In this document: positions 25,101-33,617 of the stretch, one piece after another
How the letters are laid out: each line of letters opens with the position of its first letter
Numbering within the stretch: the first letter of the stretch is position 1
Assembly (NCBI GenBank): GCA_038087875.1
Contig: JAXLNO010000642.1
Coordinates: 62,001-96,264, forward strand
Source of the DNA: Malacoraja senta
Lineage: Eukaryota
Direction: 5' to 3'
DNA: 34,264 nucleotides
The notes under the pieces: model-generated
Seen by the model: the letters and a program-made list of their open reading frames with translations, nothing else
Database searches by the model: none
What the model was told of the DNA's origin: nothing
Translations under genes and position numbers: made by a program

Positions 25101-28100
25101 GAACTACGATTGTGAACGGGAGAAAGGCTGATTTCAATAATGGTAAGACTACAGGTAACTCTACAGGTCAACAATGGAATGGTGAGAGTGCAGGGCCAGT
25201 GAATTCCTGCAATGATGAAGGGTAAAGTCAACAAGCCTAAGAAACCTTGGATATCCAGGGACATTGGGGATTGAATAAGGAATGAAAAAGGTGGCTTATC
25301 CTAAAATCAAGCAAGACCATATGACAGGGTACAAAGGAGCACAAGATAAAAGTAATTAGAAGGGCAATGAGGAGCAAAAATGGCATTGGGTTGGGGGTAA
25401 GGACAATCCCAAAGGAGACGCTCTAGGTAGAGGTTACTGGTTGGGCAAGACTGTGTTTATTGATATGTTTGGCATACTTTATCTACTTATAGGAAGCTAT
25501 ATTAATATGGATATGAACTATTTACCCAACTTCTGGCTTGCTTACATGGGAGATCCAAGTGATTCTGGGAAGATTCATAGTAATGTGCGACAAAGATGGC
25601 TCAATGGTAAGTAGAGACCAACGTTAATATAAGATTCAATTATCTTGGTTGTGTTTTTATGACTACTTGTATTTGCCAATGAATTACAACTAATGTGAAA
25701 CTTTTCTTACTTCTGAGGTGATTCTGGTGTTGGGAAAGCAATGAAAACCTTTGCAGAACTCACTGATCTGGCAAAGTAAGTATTTTTTGAGAAAATTGGA
25801 AAGTTGGAAAAATTATTCCAGAATTAGTATACATTACTTTAGTAATAGCCATGTGATTGAAATTAGTTCAGTGGATGTGGTTGGAAAGTAACTTGAACAG
25901 AGGCATGCTAAACCTTTTCAGAAGGCAGTTAAGAGTCAAATCACTTTAAGTCCAAAGTCTGAGCAAGAATAGCAAGTTTTGTTTTCTTATCTATTTTACA
26001 TTATTCTAATGATTAATTAAAATATATATATATATTTGTATCTGTTGGAGTAGTTTTAAATGCCCGATACAAGTGGAGACACGAGACTGTACTAATTTTG
26101 GTCATAACACTACTTGAGGTCTATTTGCCACTTAAATCCTACCAATCATGCAGAATGCCTGTCAGTTGCAGAGGGTTAGCATCTGATGAATGAAAGTGCA
26201 TATGGTTAGTAACTGTGGGTGACAGGAGTCAGATGTCGAGTGCAGGCAACTAATTGAATTCATGACGATTTAGCCCATTAAGTAAACCAGATGGATTTTT
26301 ATTATAATCTGTTGTTCTATTGGTGGAATTAACTGTTAATTTCAACATTTATTTGAACTAATTTAAATTCCATGGCACAATTTCAAGTCAGGCCTCTGAA
26401 TGGAATGATCAATCAGGCATGCAGGTGACAAGATCAGTAATTTAACAGGAATAAAACTATGTTGTTCAAATACTGAGAGTCATGCAGCACAGAAACAGAA
26501 CCCTTTGGCCTACTGTGTCTCTACCAACAATCAAGTATGCATTACAACAAATCTCATTTACCATTACTTGGTCCATAGGCTGCTCATGTGGATACTTCTC
26601 GATAATGCTTGCTTAACATGCAAATTGTCAGAGTATAGCAAATATATATTTTATTCAAAAGAAATTGAAAATGATATACCATTGTTTCCCATTTAGTAAA
26701 TTAAAACTATAAATATCATAAATGCACAATAGTATAGTGCATGTCATTAGCACAAAGTCCTTTCACTAATGAACTCAAAACAAGAACTGCTGAAAATGAT
26801 GAGTTTCTTTCAGAACATTGCACAGCACATGGTTAAAAGTAATCTTTCTTTCTATTTATGCAGGATAGCCATTGAGTCTGGGAATTGGAATGATCTTTTT
26901 GAGTTGATGAACAAAAATTTTGAACTACGAAGGTAAGGCTTAATTTTCACAAGTTAACAAGTTATAGTAGAATTAGACCATTCTGCCCATCCCGTCTACT
27001 CCGTCATTCAATCATAGCTGATCTCTGCCACCCAATCCCATTTCCCTACCTCTGCATAACCCTTGAAACCCGTTTTAATCAAGAATTTGTCTATCTCCTT
27101 AAAAATATCCACTGAATGGCCTTCACAGCCCTCTGTGGCAATGAGTTCCACAGATTAACTACACTCTGACTAAAGAGGTTCCTCCTCACCCCCATTCTAA
27201 AAGAGTGCCCTTTAATTCTGAGGCTATGACCTCTGGTCCTAGACTCTCCCACCAGTGGAAACATCCTTTCCACATTCACTCTATGCCTTTCATAATTCTA
27301 AGTTTCACTGAAGTCCCCCAGCAACCTTCTAAACATCAGTGCTGTCAAATGCTCAGAGTAGAGTAGAGGCCCAGTGCTGTAAAACCTCTCCAGAGCCAGC
27401 ACATCCTTCCTCAAATATGGGGCCCAAATTCGCTCAGTACTCCAAATGCGGCCTGACCAGTGCCTTATAGAGCCTCAGCATTACATCTCTGAACTATGAA
27501 CTGGCGTTCGGAAATATAATTTTATTCAATTACTAGACCAAGGGGGACCCGTTGGGTCCTGTCCCCTCAACGCGCGGTTGTGGGGGGGGGGACAGAGTCG
27601 GGGGACAGAGAGTCGGGAGACAGAGAGTAAGGGCCCTCTCCCCCCCCTTCTCCCCCTCTCGATCCCCCGTCCACCCCCTCTCCCCCCTCTCTCAGCCCCT
27701 CCTCTCCCACACCCCTCTCTCGCTCTCTCTTTCTCTGCCTCGATGAGGGCAGGGCTCGAAATTAATGGTTGCCCGGGTGCCAATGGCAATCTACAGTCCC
27801 GCCGGGCAACCTAAAAGCCATGCCATTTTGCCCGGCTTGGCAAGCACCCGGGACACCTATCATTTAATTCTGAGCGGGCCCCCTCTCTGTCACTCTCCAT
27901 CTCCGCCCGCCATCTGTGTCCGGCTCTCGGGTCTCGGCTCAGCAGGCCGCCTTACACATGCGCACTGCCACGGCCTGCACATCCTCCCCCTGCACATGCG
28001 CACAACCACGGCCAGCACATCATCAGCCGTGGTTGTGAACATGTGCCGCCCTGCCACGGCAACTGGTTGGCGTCGGCCACTTTCTCCCTCCCTTTGCATT

Positions 28101-31100
28101 GTGGGAGATCTGGCTGCCATTGCTGTCCGGTTGCCGCCTCACCGCGACCGCTGAAAACCAACGCAGAATCACTGCCTGGAGCTGGAGTAACTCCCTGGAG
28201 TAACTCTTGCTTCTTGGTTTCCTGGCCCTCCAAAAATATTCCAAATGGAATTTAAACTGGTGGACCCACCACCACCAAACTCCAAAATAACAGCCTATTG
28301 CATTTGATCTGTTTATTTATTGTGTATATATATGGTCTATGGTATATAGACACACTGAACTTTTATCGCCTGTTCTGTATTATGTTTACATATTCTGTTG
28401 TGCTGCAGCAAGCAAGAATTTCATTGCCCTATCTGGGACACATGACAATAAAACTCTCTTGACTCTTGACTTGGACTTAAGCAAAAAAGGGTTCTTGGGG
28501 AAAAAAGAGCCACCTTAAATTTAGTTGCGTCTGGTTGGGTACCTATGGTAGGGTGAAGACTATTCCATGCTTTAATTGTGCGGGGGAACTCCATGGAGCA
28601 GCCAGCATCTCTGGATAGAAGAAATTCGGTGACGTTTCAGGTAGAGACCCTTCTTTAGATTTCCTTGGTTTTAGTGTTTTTAGTTTAATTTAAAGATGCA
28701 GCGTGGAAACAGGCCCTTCGGCCCACCAAGTCCACGCCGACCACCGATCACCCGTACACTAGTTCTATCCCACACATTAGCAACGTAAGTCAAGAGTCAA
28801 GAGTGTGTTATTCTCTCACGTCCCAGTTACAACAATAAAATCCTTACTTGCAGCAGCACAACAGAATATGTAAACATAATACTCTGTAAACAATGTTATA
28901 AACGAGAAAACAAAACTCCATACAGGCAGCACCCATATTCAGGTGCTGCAACTTTATGGCCAATGTACTGCCCCATAGTCTTGAACTGAATTAAAACATA
29001 CAGTGGCTGTATAGGGTTAGAGATTTAAGACTGAAAAATGGATAGTTTCTTTTTTTTTAGTAACCAAAGTTATCAACGTATAATTTTTTTGTGGCACAGC
29101 TGGTGGACTTGCTGCCTCACACGCCAGAGATCTGAGTTCGATCCTGTTCTTGGGCACTGTGTTGAATTTGCACATTCTCCCTGCAAGCATGTGGGTTTCC
29201 TCCCACATCCCAAAGACGCATTGGCTTTGTAGGTTAACTTGTCTCTGTAAAATTGCCAGTAATGTGCAGGGAGTGGGTGAGGAAAGTGGGATAACAGAAC
29301 TTGTGTGAATGGGTAGACAAAAATGCTGGAGAAACTCAGCAGGTGAGGCAGCATCTATGGAGTGAAGGAAATAGGCGACGTTTCGGGTCTAGACCCGTCT
29401 TCAGACTGATGTGAGGGTGCGGGAGGCAGAGGGGGGGGGCGGGAAGAAAAAAGGAAGAGGCAGAGACAGAGGGCTGAGGGAGACCTGGGAAGCAGAGGAG
29501 AAAGCAGGGACTCCCTGAAATTGGAGGTCAATGTTCATACAGCTGGGGTGTAAACTACCCAAGCAAAATCTGAGGTGCTCCTCCTCCAATTTACGGTGGG
29601 CCTCACTCTGGCCATGGAGGAGGCCCAGGACAGAAAGGTTGGATTCGGAGTGGGAGGGGGAGTTGAAGTGCTGAGCCACCGGGAGATTAGGTTGTATATT
29701 GCGAACCGAGTGGAGGTGTTGGGCGAAGCGAACGCCAAGCCTACGCTTGGTCTCACCGATGTAGGGCAGCTGACACCTAGAGCAGCGGATGCAATAGATG
29801 AGGTTGGAGGAGGTGCAGGTGAACCTCTGCCGCACCTGGAAAGACTGCTTGGGTCCTTGAATGGAGTCAAGGGGGGAGGTAAAGCGATAAGTGTAGCATT
29901 TCCTGCAGTTGCAAGGGAAAGTGCCAGGAGAGGGGGTGGTTTGGGTGGGAAGGGACGAATTGACCAGGGAGTTACGGAGGGAGCGGTCTCTGCAGAAAGC
30001 CGACAGGGGAGGAGATGGGAAGATGTGGCCAGTGTTGGGATCCTTTTGGTAGACAAAGCTGGAGAAAATCAGCGGGTGAGGCAGCATCTATGGAGCGAAG
30101 GAATAGGCGAAGTTTCGGGTCGAGACCTTTCTTCAGACTGATGTCGGGAGGGGTGGGGGTGGGAAAAAGAAAGGAAGAGGCGGAGACAGTAGGCTGTGGG
30201 AGAGCTGGGAATGGGAGGAGAAGGAGGGAGAAAGCAAGGACTACCTGAAATTGGAGAAGCCAATGTTCATACCGCTGGGGTGTAAACTACCCAAGCAAAA
30301 TATGAGGTGCTGTTCCTCCAATTTGTGGTGGGCCTCACTCTGGCCATGGAGGAGGCCCAGGACAGAAAGGTCAGATTCGGAATGGGAGAGGGAGTTGAAG
30401 TGCTGAGCCACCGGGAGATCAGGTTGGTTATTGCGAACTGAGTGGAGGTGTTGTGCAAAGCGATCGCCAAGCCTGCACTTGATCTCACCGAGGTTGATCA
30501 TATGCTGAATAATCCAACCAGATTTTTGTTTGGAAGTGGAAAGAGATAATAGAAATTGCATTAATTGCAACGTGTAGAAAGAGTTGAGATACTGTATTAT
30601 AATTTTGCTGCATGTCATTGTGGTATATATCATGTCTTGATTGGTGAATATGTTTAATTTGCGACTCTATTTGAAGCAGAAATAATATGTGAATGCTTCA
30701 TTGACCATAATTCCGACTGGTAACCACGCATTTCGTCCAAGCACATTATCTCCCGCGTCATGCAAGCCGTCTTAAATGACCACCTAAACTGTCATTTGGC
30801 AACCTAAAAAGCTGCCCGGCTGGCAACAGGGAAAAAAAGTTAAGTGAGAGCCCTGGAGGGGGTAGAAAGGGAGGGGGGTAGAGGCAGCAGCTACCGAAGT
30901 CGTAGAGCACAAGCCGGGCCTTCAGGCGCCGGGCCCCAGCTAGGCTGCGGGCGTCATTGATCAGAACGAGGCCCGCAGCTCTCTGAGGACGTTGAAAAAC
31001 AGCCGTTCGTAGCTTCCGCGACGGTAAGCGTACTCACCAGCGTGACAGACGATCGGGCAGGGGAGACTGAGAGGAGGTCGTCCCCTGTGAAGGGCGCGAC

Positions 31101-32998
31101 GGCGACTTTTCAACTGCGCTTGTCTGCGGCCGCGCTGCAATAACGACTTTAAAACAATTTTAGTAAAAAACTCGGGAAATAATTAACCAAATTTTCAGAT
31201 GAGATTTTTGAAATCATGAGGTAAATCTCTACTGGAATATGTTCCGGTACTGAAGAAGGGTTTCGACCCGAAACGTTGCCTTTTTCCTTCGCTCCATAGA
31301 TGCTGCCTCACCCGCTGAGTTTCTCCAGGATTTTTGTCAACCAAATGACACAAGGCTGTTTGGCAAGTGCATGTGTTGATTTGAAGAAGATTAACCTAAC
31401 ACGTTTCCCCCTTCCAGCTCTTGATCTACAATCCTGTTAACTATTGAAATACATGTCAAGACACTTTTTAGATGGTAATCAAGGGTTGCTTACTCTACCT
31501 CATTTCAAGCAGTGTTTCAAATCTCTCCCTTTACCTTTCCACTCCTCTGATCTTTCCACCAAATGAGCTTTAGTTTAGATCCATCAAACGAATAAAAATA
31601 GATCCTTCCCAGTATCCTCTATTTAGACTCCAATTTTCATCGTTCAATTTTTAATTTGAACTGGCAATTGTACTCAAAGGATTAAATACTTAATGTATTT
31701 TTAAGTTACTGTCATTTTGAGAAATTATTTGATACCATTATTGAATGGTTACCTCAGTTTGTTATACAAAGGTAAAAAATTCACTGCATGTGCTTTTGCA
31801 CATGGCTTCAAGAGAAAATAGAGAATTTTCAATGGAAAATAATTGCTTACTGCTTATCTAAGGTCCATTTATACAGACTCTTGTTTGGGCGAAGGAAATC
31901 TAAGGATGGTGCAACTTGGCAGAAAGGTATTCACTACAAAAAGTTTGTTAAAACATTAAAATGTGTATTCCATCTGTGTTCCTATGTGGTAATAGTATCT
32001 GCATCCCAGTATGAAGTATTTACTCAGATGTAATAATAAACTTTAAAGTTTAAAAAAACAGGACAAGATTGATCATATTGGAGATAATTGACTCTCTTCT
32101 GATTCACCCTAGTGTAACCTTTCCAAAATATTGGTAGGAATGAATTATAAAGTATACTTAATTAATTAATTATGGAAGGATTGTATTTATGCTTGGTCCG
32201 TGTTTTATAAATACTATGGCTTTACTTATAAATAATTTTGTGGTAATTTAGCAAACAATAATAATCTATTTTATTCTTATTTTAATGAAAAATAACTAAA
32301 AATCATGTTAAAAAAAAATTATCCCAATTACTAGTGGTAATTAAGATTTAAGTCTAATGAATCTGTCATTAACATTTTATTATTCAAAATCTACAAATAT
32401 GCCATGCATTTCACTCACCATTAGGGTTAGCAAGCCATCTTGATTAATTATGAATGTGATTCTGGAATGGCTTGACATGTTCAGATAATAATTCAGAGAA
32501 AAACTAGTCTGTTACCTGCACATCTGTTATTTTTACAGTTTGGCTCGGCTGTAAAGCTTCCTGGCAGTGGAGGAGCAGTAATTGGTCTATGCTTGGACCC
32601 TGACAACCGGGTATGTTCAAATATGTCTGCATCAAGCTGCTGGTATTATGAGATAAATGAAGAATTGAAGTTAATTCCCTTTTGTTTTCAGGAGTATTCA
32701 ATAACCAACACGCTTCACTGGTTTAGTGCAACAGTTAAACATCAATTTAGTAAACAACGTCTTCTAGGTGCAGGGAATAAATGTTGACTTCCCAGCAATG
32801 CCCATACATTGAGCATTGAATAAGAAAATACATTTGTGTTATTTCTATGTTGAGTTATTGTTCTGTGGTCATTTGTAGCTCTTAGCAGGTCACATTAAAT
32901 TTACTTGTGTGTTTCCATATTCTTTGCAGGTTGAACTAAAGAAGGCTTTCCAAGAAGCTGGGTTTGTGATCTGTGACATTGTCCCATATGTTCCTTGA
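1033..32998 (+). CDS. gkup: Glucuronokinase (GHMP kinase) gene, gkup-like; 5'-partial, 15 coding exons: 1033-1124, 4737-4842, 7007-7086, 7830-7898, 11159-11219, 12385-12401, 18988-19045, 21213-21305, 22679-22739, 25493-25606, 25718-25775, 26864-26932, 31863-31926, 32539-32610, 32930-32998
   Basis: Manual splicing at GT-AG sites gives one open frame of 1083 nt with glucuronokinase/GHMP motifs: [48 protein letters not shown] (P-loop), [44 protein letters not shown]. Family assignment is from recall, not a database search. Confidence 0.92.
1243..1382 (-). mobile_element. Penelope-derived short repeat (pLTR fragment, decayed hammerhead motif)
   Basis: aaggaactgcagatgctgg...cttcttcagactga matches the ends of the GIY-YIG units at 19121 and 29313. 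Confidence 0.7.
1383..1780. mobile_element. CR1 RT fragments: minus strand about 1383-1695, plus strand about 1700-1780
   Basis: Peptides [20 protein letters not shown] (minus) and [22 protein letters not shown] (plus) are typical of CR1 ORF2. Confidence 0.8.
1781..2660 (-). mobile_element. L1-type LINE ORF2 reverse transcriptase fragment, decayed
   Basis: ORF 1835-2137: [13 protein letters not shown]...[22 protein letters not shown]1 RT motifs. Confidence 0.9.
2662..3345. mobile_element. Penelope-derived fragments: plus 2662-2703 and 2775-2905; minus 2930-3345 including the GIY-YIG C-terminus
   Basis: Matches the 3' ends of the Penelope units at 19121-20430; hammerhead-like cores at 2778-2805 (+) and 2989-3016 (-). 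Confidence 0.75.
2778..2805 (+). ncRNA. Minimal hammerhead ribozyme-like motif (Penelope-associated)
   Basis: CTGAAGA-A-GGGT-CTCG-ACCT-GAAA-CG-TC; flanks gagt/accc give a partial stem I. Confidence 0.65.
3712..4138 (+). mobile_element. CR1-type LINE 3' end
   Basis: [29 protein letters not shown] followed by 3' UTR and tail. Confidence 0.9.
4737..4842 (+). CDS. gkup: gkup exon ([35 protein letters not shown])
   Basis: ctttag acceptor, gtaagt donor; GNPSD sugar-binding motif. Confidence 0.95.
6166..6354. mobile_element. Solo Tc1/mariner terminal inverted repeat fragment
   Basis: TA followed by CAGTGCCCTCCATAATTTTTGGGACA, a Tc1-type end; no partner end in the window. Confidence 0.6.
6520..6905. 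mobile_element. PIF/Harbinger-like non-autonomous element, one end only
   Basis: Ends in AAGTGGGACAGGGGCT then TAA, matching the TIR of the MITE at 16770-16996; CpG-rich interior; left boundary uncertain. Confidence 0.55.
7007..7086 (+). CDS. gkup: gkup exon ([27 protein letters not shown])
   Basis: attcag acceptor, gtttgt donor; phases consistent. Confidence 0.92.
7830..7898 (+). CDS. gkup: gkup exon ([23 protein letters not shown])
   Basis: tcacag acceptor, gtaagg donor. Confidence 0.93.
8424..10366. mobile_element. PIF/Harbinger-like non-autonomous element with cargo
   Basis: 32-bp TIRs with 29/32 identity (8424-8455 vs 10335-10366); 3-bp TAA/TAG flanks; no transposase ORF. Confidence 0.75.
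8835..9535. repeat. Degenerate tandem array of about 60-bp units built from (GT)n/(CT)n/(CA)n tracts
   Basis: About 11 recurrences of gtgtg..ctctctccc..cacacagt.aga..gagg. Confidence 0.7.
11159..11219 (+). CDS. gkup: gkup exon ([20 protein letters not shown])
   Basis: tttcag acceptor, gtaggt donor. Confidence 0.93.
12385..12401 (+). CDS. gkup: gkup 17-nt microexon (GLAGS/S)
   Basis: tcttttcaacag|GGCCTTGCTGGAAGCAG|gtcagt; needed to complete PRQVGLAGSSAI and to keep frame. Confidence 0.9.
14785..16397 (-). mobile_element. Full-length Tc1-family (IR/DR type, Passport-like) DNA transposon
   Basis: About 215-bp TIRs beginning CAGTGGCTTGCAAAAGT; TA duplications at 14783-14784 and 16398-16399; 1613 bp. 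Confidence 0.95.
15003..16018 (-). pseudogene. Tc1 DD34E transposase pseudogene
   Basis: [18 protein letters not shown]...WSDETKI...QDNDPKH...[15 protein letters not shown]...KGGSTKY*; in-frame stops at 15953-15955 and 15296-15298 and a frameshift near 15060. Confidence 0.93.
16770..16996. mobile_element. PIF/Harbinger (Tourist-like) MITE, 227 bp
   Basis: TIR AGGGCCTGTCCCACTTGGTGATTTTTT at both ends; TAA/CAA flanks; removing it restores the CR1 ttcagtaaggcattc (FSKAF). Confidence 0.85.
18098..18568 (-). mobile_element. CR1 LINE 3' end, tail-to-tail with the preceding CR1
   Basis: ORF 18348-18569 [33 protein letters not shown]. Confidence 0.9.
18988..19045 (+). CDS. gkup: gkup exon ([20 protein letters not shown])
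   Basis: long polypyrimidine tract plus tacag acceptor, gtgagt donor. Confidence 0.93.
19215..19242 (-). ncRNA. Minimal hammerhead ribozyme-like motif
   Basis: Reverse complement reads CTGAAGA-A-GGGT-CTCG-ACCT-GAAA-CG-TC. Confidence 0.65.
19663..20234 (+). pseudogene. Penelope Cys-rich linker plus GIY-YIG endonuclease domain (no RT, no native start)
   Basis: RRCNTCPF...[37 protein letters not shown]...VAQHFNS...[20 protein letters not shown]. Confidence 0.85.
20337..20362 (+). ncRNA. Minimal hammerhead ribozyme-like motif (shortened stem II)
   Basis: CTGAAGA-AGGT-CTA-ACCT-GAAA-CG-TC. Confidence 0.55.
20762..20940 (-). mobile_element. Penelope-derived short repeat
   Basis: aaggaactgcagatgctgg...gtgctggagtaactcagcggg..aggcagcatctct; decayed hammerhead core. 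Confidence 0.7.
21213..21305 (+). CDS. gkup: gkup exon ([31 protein letters not shown])
   Basis: tgacag acceptor, CAG|gtaaag donor; GLQD catalytic motif. Confidence 0.95.
21800..22500 (+). mobile_element. Old, heavily decayed CR1/L2-like LINE fragment
   Basis: Remnant WKTA...NYRPI-like motif at about 22350-22425; boundaries uncertain. Confidence 0.4.
22679..22739 (+). CDS. gkup: gkup exon ([21 protein letters not shown])
   Basis: ttttag acceptor, gtaaga donor. Confidence 0.94.
23263..23545 (-). mobile_element. tRNA-derived V-SINE (HE1-like)
   Basis: Reverse complement has B box GGTTCAATCC, V-domain (ttctcccc..gtgggtttt..ggtttcctcccaca) and a CR1-shared tail. Confidence 0.8.
23785..23986 (-). 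mobile_element. CR1 3' tail fragment
   Basis: catagtacagcacaggaacaggccctttggccca; similar to the other CR1 tails in the window. Confidence 0.7.
24920..25420 (+). mobile_element. Decayed CR1 ORF2 fragment
   Basis: LGEH..SD...F and PWI-like remnants of the CR1 endonuclease-to-RT linker. Confidence 0.5.
25493..25606 (+). CDS. gkup: gkup exon ([38 protein letters not shown])
   Basis: ttatag acceptor, gtaagt donor. Confidence 0.94.
25718..25775 (+). CDS. gkup: gkup exon ([19 protein letters not shown])
   Basis: ttctgag acceptor (GAG), gtaagt donor; phases fit both neighbours. Confidence 0.88.
26864..26932 (+). CDS. gkup: gkup exon ([23 protein letters not shown])
   Basis: atgcag acceptor, gtaagg donor. 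Confidence 0.93.
26950..27490 (-). mobile_element. CR1 LINE 3' fragment
   Basis: ORF 27091-27279 [22 protein letters not shown]...[10 protein letters not shown]. Confidence 0.88.
27533..27749 (-). mobile_element. Helitron-like 3' end (element probably resumes at 30856 to about 31245)
   Basis: Minus strand: hairpin GGACCC-AAC-GGGTCC, 8 nt, then CTAG|T, the canonical Helitron terminus layout. Confidence 0.6.
29088..29312 (+). mobile_element. tRNA-derived V-SINE (HE1-like), 3'-truncated by a Penelope element
   Basis: A box TGGCACAGCTGG, B box GAGTTCGATCC, V-domain. Confidence 0.8.
29313..30491 (-). mobile_element. Penelope-like element, RT-less, partial tandem (pseudo-LTR) arrangement
   Basis: Direct-repeat copies about 29313-29759 and 30048-30491; ORF 29401-30087 with [28 protein letters not shown] (GIY-YIG). 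Confidence 0.9.
29377..29404 (-). ncRNA. Minimal hammerhead ribozyme-like motif
   Basis: Reverse complement reads CTGAAGA-C-GGGT-CTAG-ACCC-GAAA-CG-TC. Confidence 0.65.
31250..31343 (+). mobile_element. Penelope pLTR fragment starting with a hammerhead-like motif (31250-31277)
   Basis: CTGAAGA-A-GGGT-TTCG-ACCC-GAAA-CG-TT followed by the conserved pLTR tail. Confidence 0.7.
31863..31926 (+). CDS. gkup: gkup exon ([21 protein letters not shown])
   Basis: tctaag acceptor, AAG|gtattc donor; phases consistent. Confidence 0.9.
32539..32610 (+). CDS. gkup: gkup exon ([24 protein letters not shown])
   Basis: ttacag acceptor, gtatgt donor; GHMP C-terminal GSGG motif. Confidence 0.95.
32930..32998 (+). 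CDS. gkup: gkup terminal coding exon ([22 protein letters not shown])
   Basis: ttgcag acceptor; TGA at 32996-32998; followed by AT-rich 3' UTR-like sequence. Confidence 0.9.
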   Translation, partial: VELKKAFQEAGFVICDIVPYVP

Positions 32999-33550
32999 GT
33001 TTTATCCAGTAAATGACAAGAATTTTTTCAATTGGAAAAACAGTTTCTTTTAAAATCAACTGGAATTACAGAACTGATTTACAATTATTGGAAATATTTT
33101 AAATGTTTTTAGTATTCTATTGAATATTTTCATCTTGCATTCAGTCTGTACTCCTAGCAGCCTAGTGCTGTGTGGAAGATTGTCCAAATAGCTAAGAGAT
33201 GACACAAACATATACCACAGCAAAAATATAATTGAAATTGATTACTTCGTGTATGCAATTTCCCAAAAGTCTGTTTTTATCCAGTGTAAATTTTGGTTAG
33301 TTTTCATCAGTGTCAAAGTTTAAGTTAACTATGCGATTATATGCTGCTATAAAACTAAGTTTCCTAGATAGAATGTGAATGTGTGTTTTAAAAATATCTG
33401 AAGTAATTTTACAGATGTCAATTGAACCCAGAGATTAGATGGTATCCCTAAAAGAAAATTTCTTTTTTTTTTGTGTTCTTACAACTTCTTGACACCCAGC
33501 ACCCTCAATGCAGGAAAGAGAAAAAACAGCTTCATCTCCTGAGCTTCAAC

Positions 33551-33556
33551 AATAAA
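33551..33556 (+). promoter_or_regulatory. Candidate polyadenylation signal for gkup
   Basis: First AATAAA I found downstream of the stop codon; no transcript support. Confidence 0.4.
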
Positions 33557-33617
33557 GGCAAAAAAGCTTCCATTTAGAAAATATTTTGAAGTTGGCTGTT
33601 ACTACTGTCCTCAAAAA

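Larger units (their letters stand above)
27750..30855. mobile_element. hAT-like non-autonomous element enclosing nested SINE, LINE and Penelope insertions
   Basis: Ends CAGGGCTCGAAATTAA and TTAAGTGAGAGCCCTG; ggcaacctaaaa subterminal motif at both ends; 8-bp flanks match only 5/8. Confidence 0.55.

Noticed and set aside
27526..28255. Cluster of GC-rich ORFs suggesting a CpG-island gene
   Set aside because: Lies within Helitron-like and hAT-like repeat sequence; low-complexity peptides with no splice structure
29091..29145. tRNA-like A and B boxes
   Set aside because: Head of a V-SINE with no complete cloverleaf; not a tRNA gene
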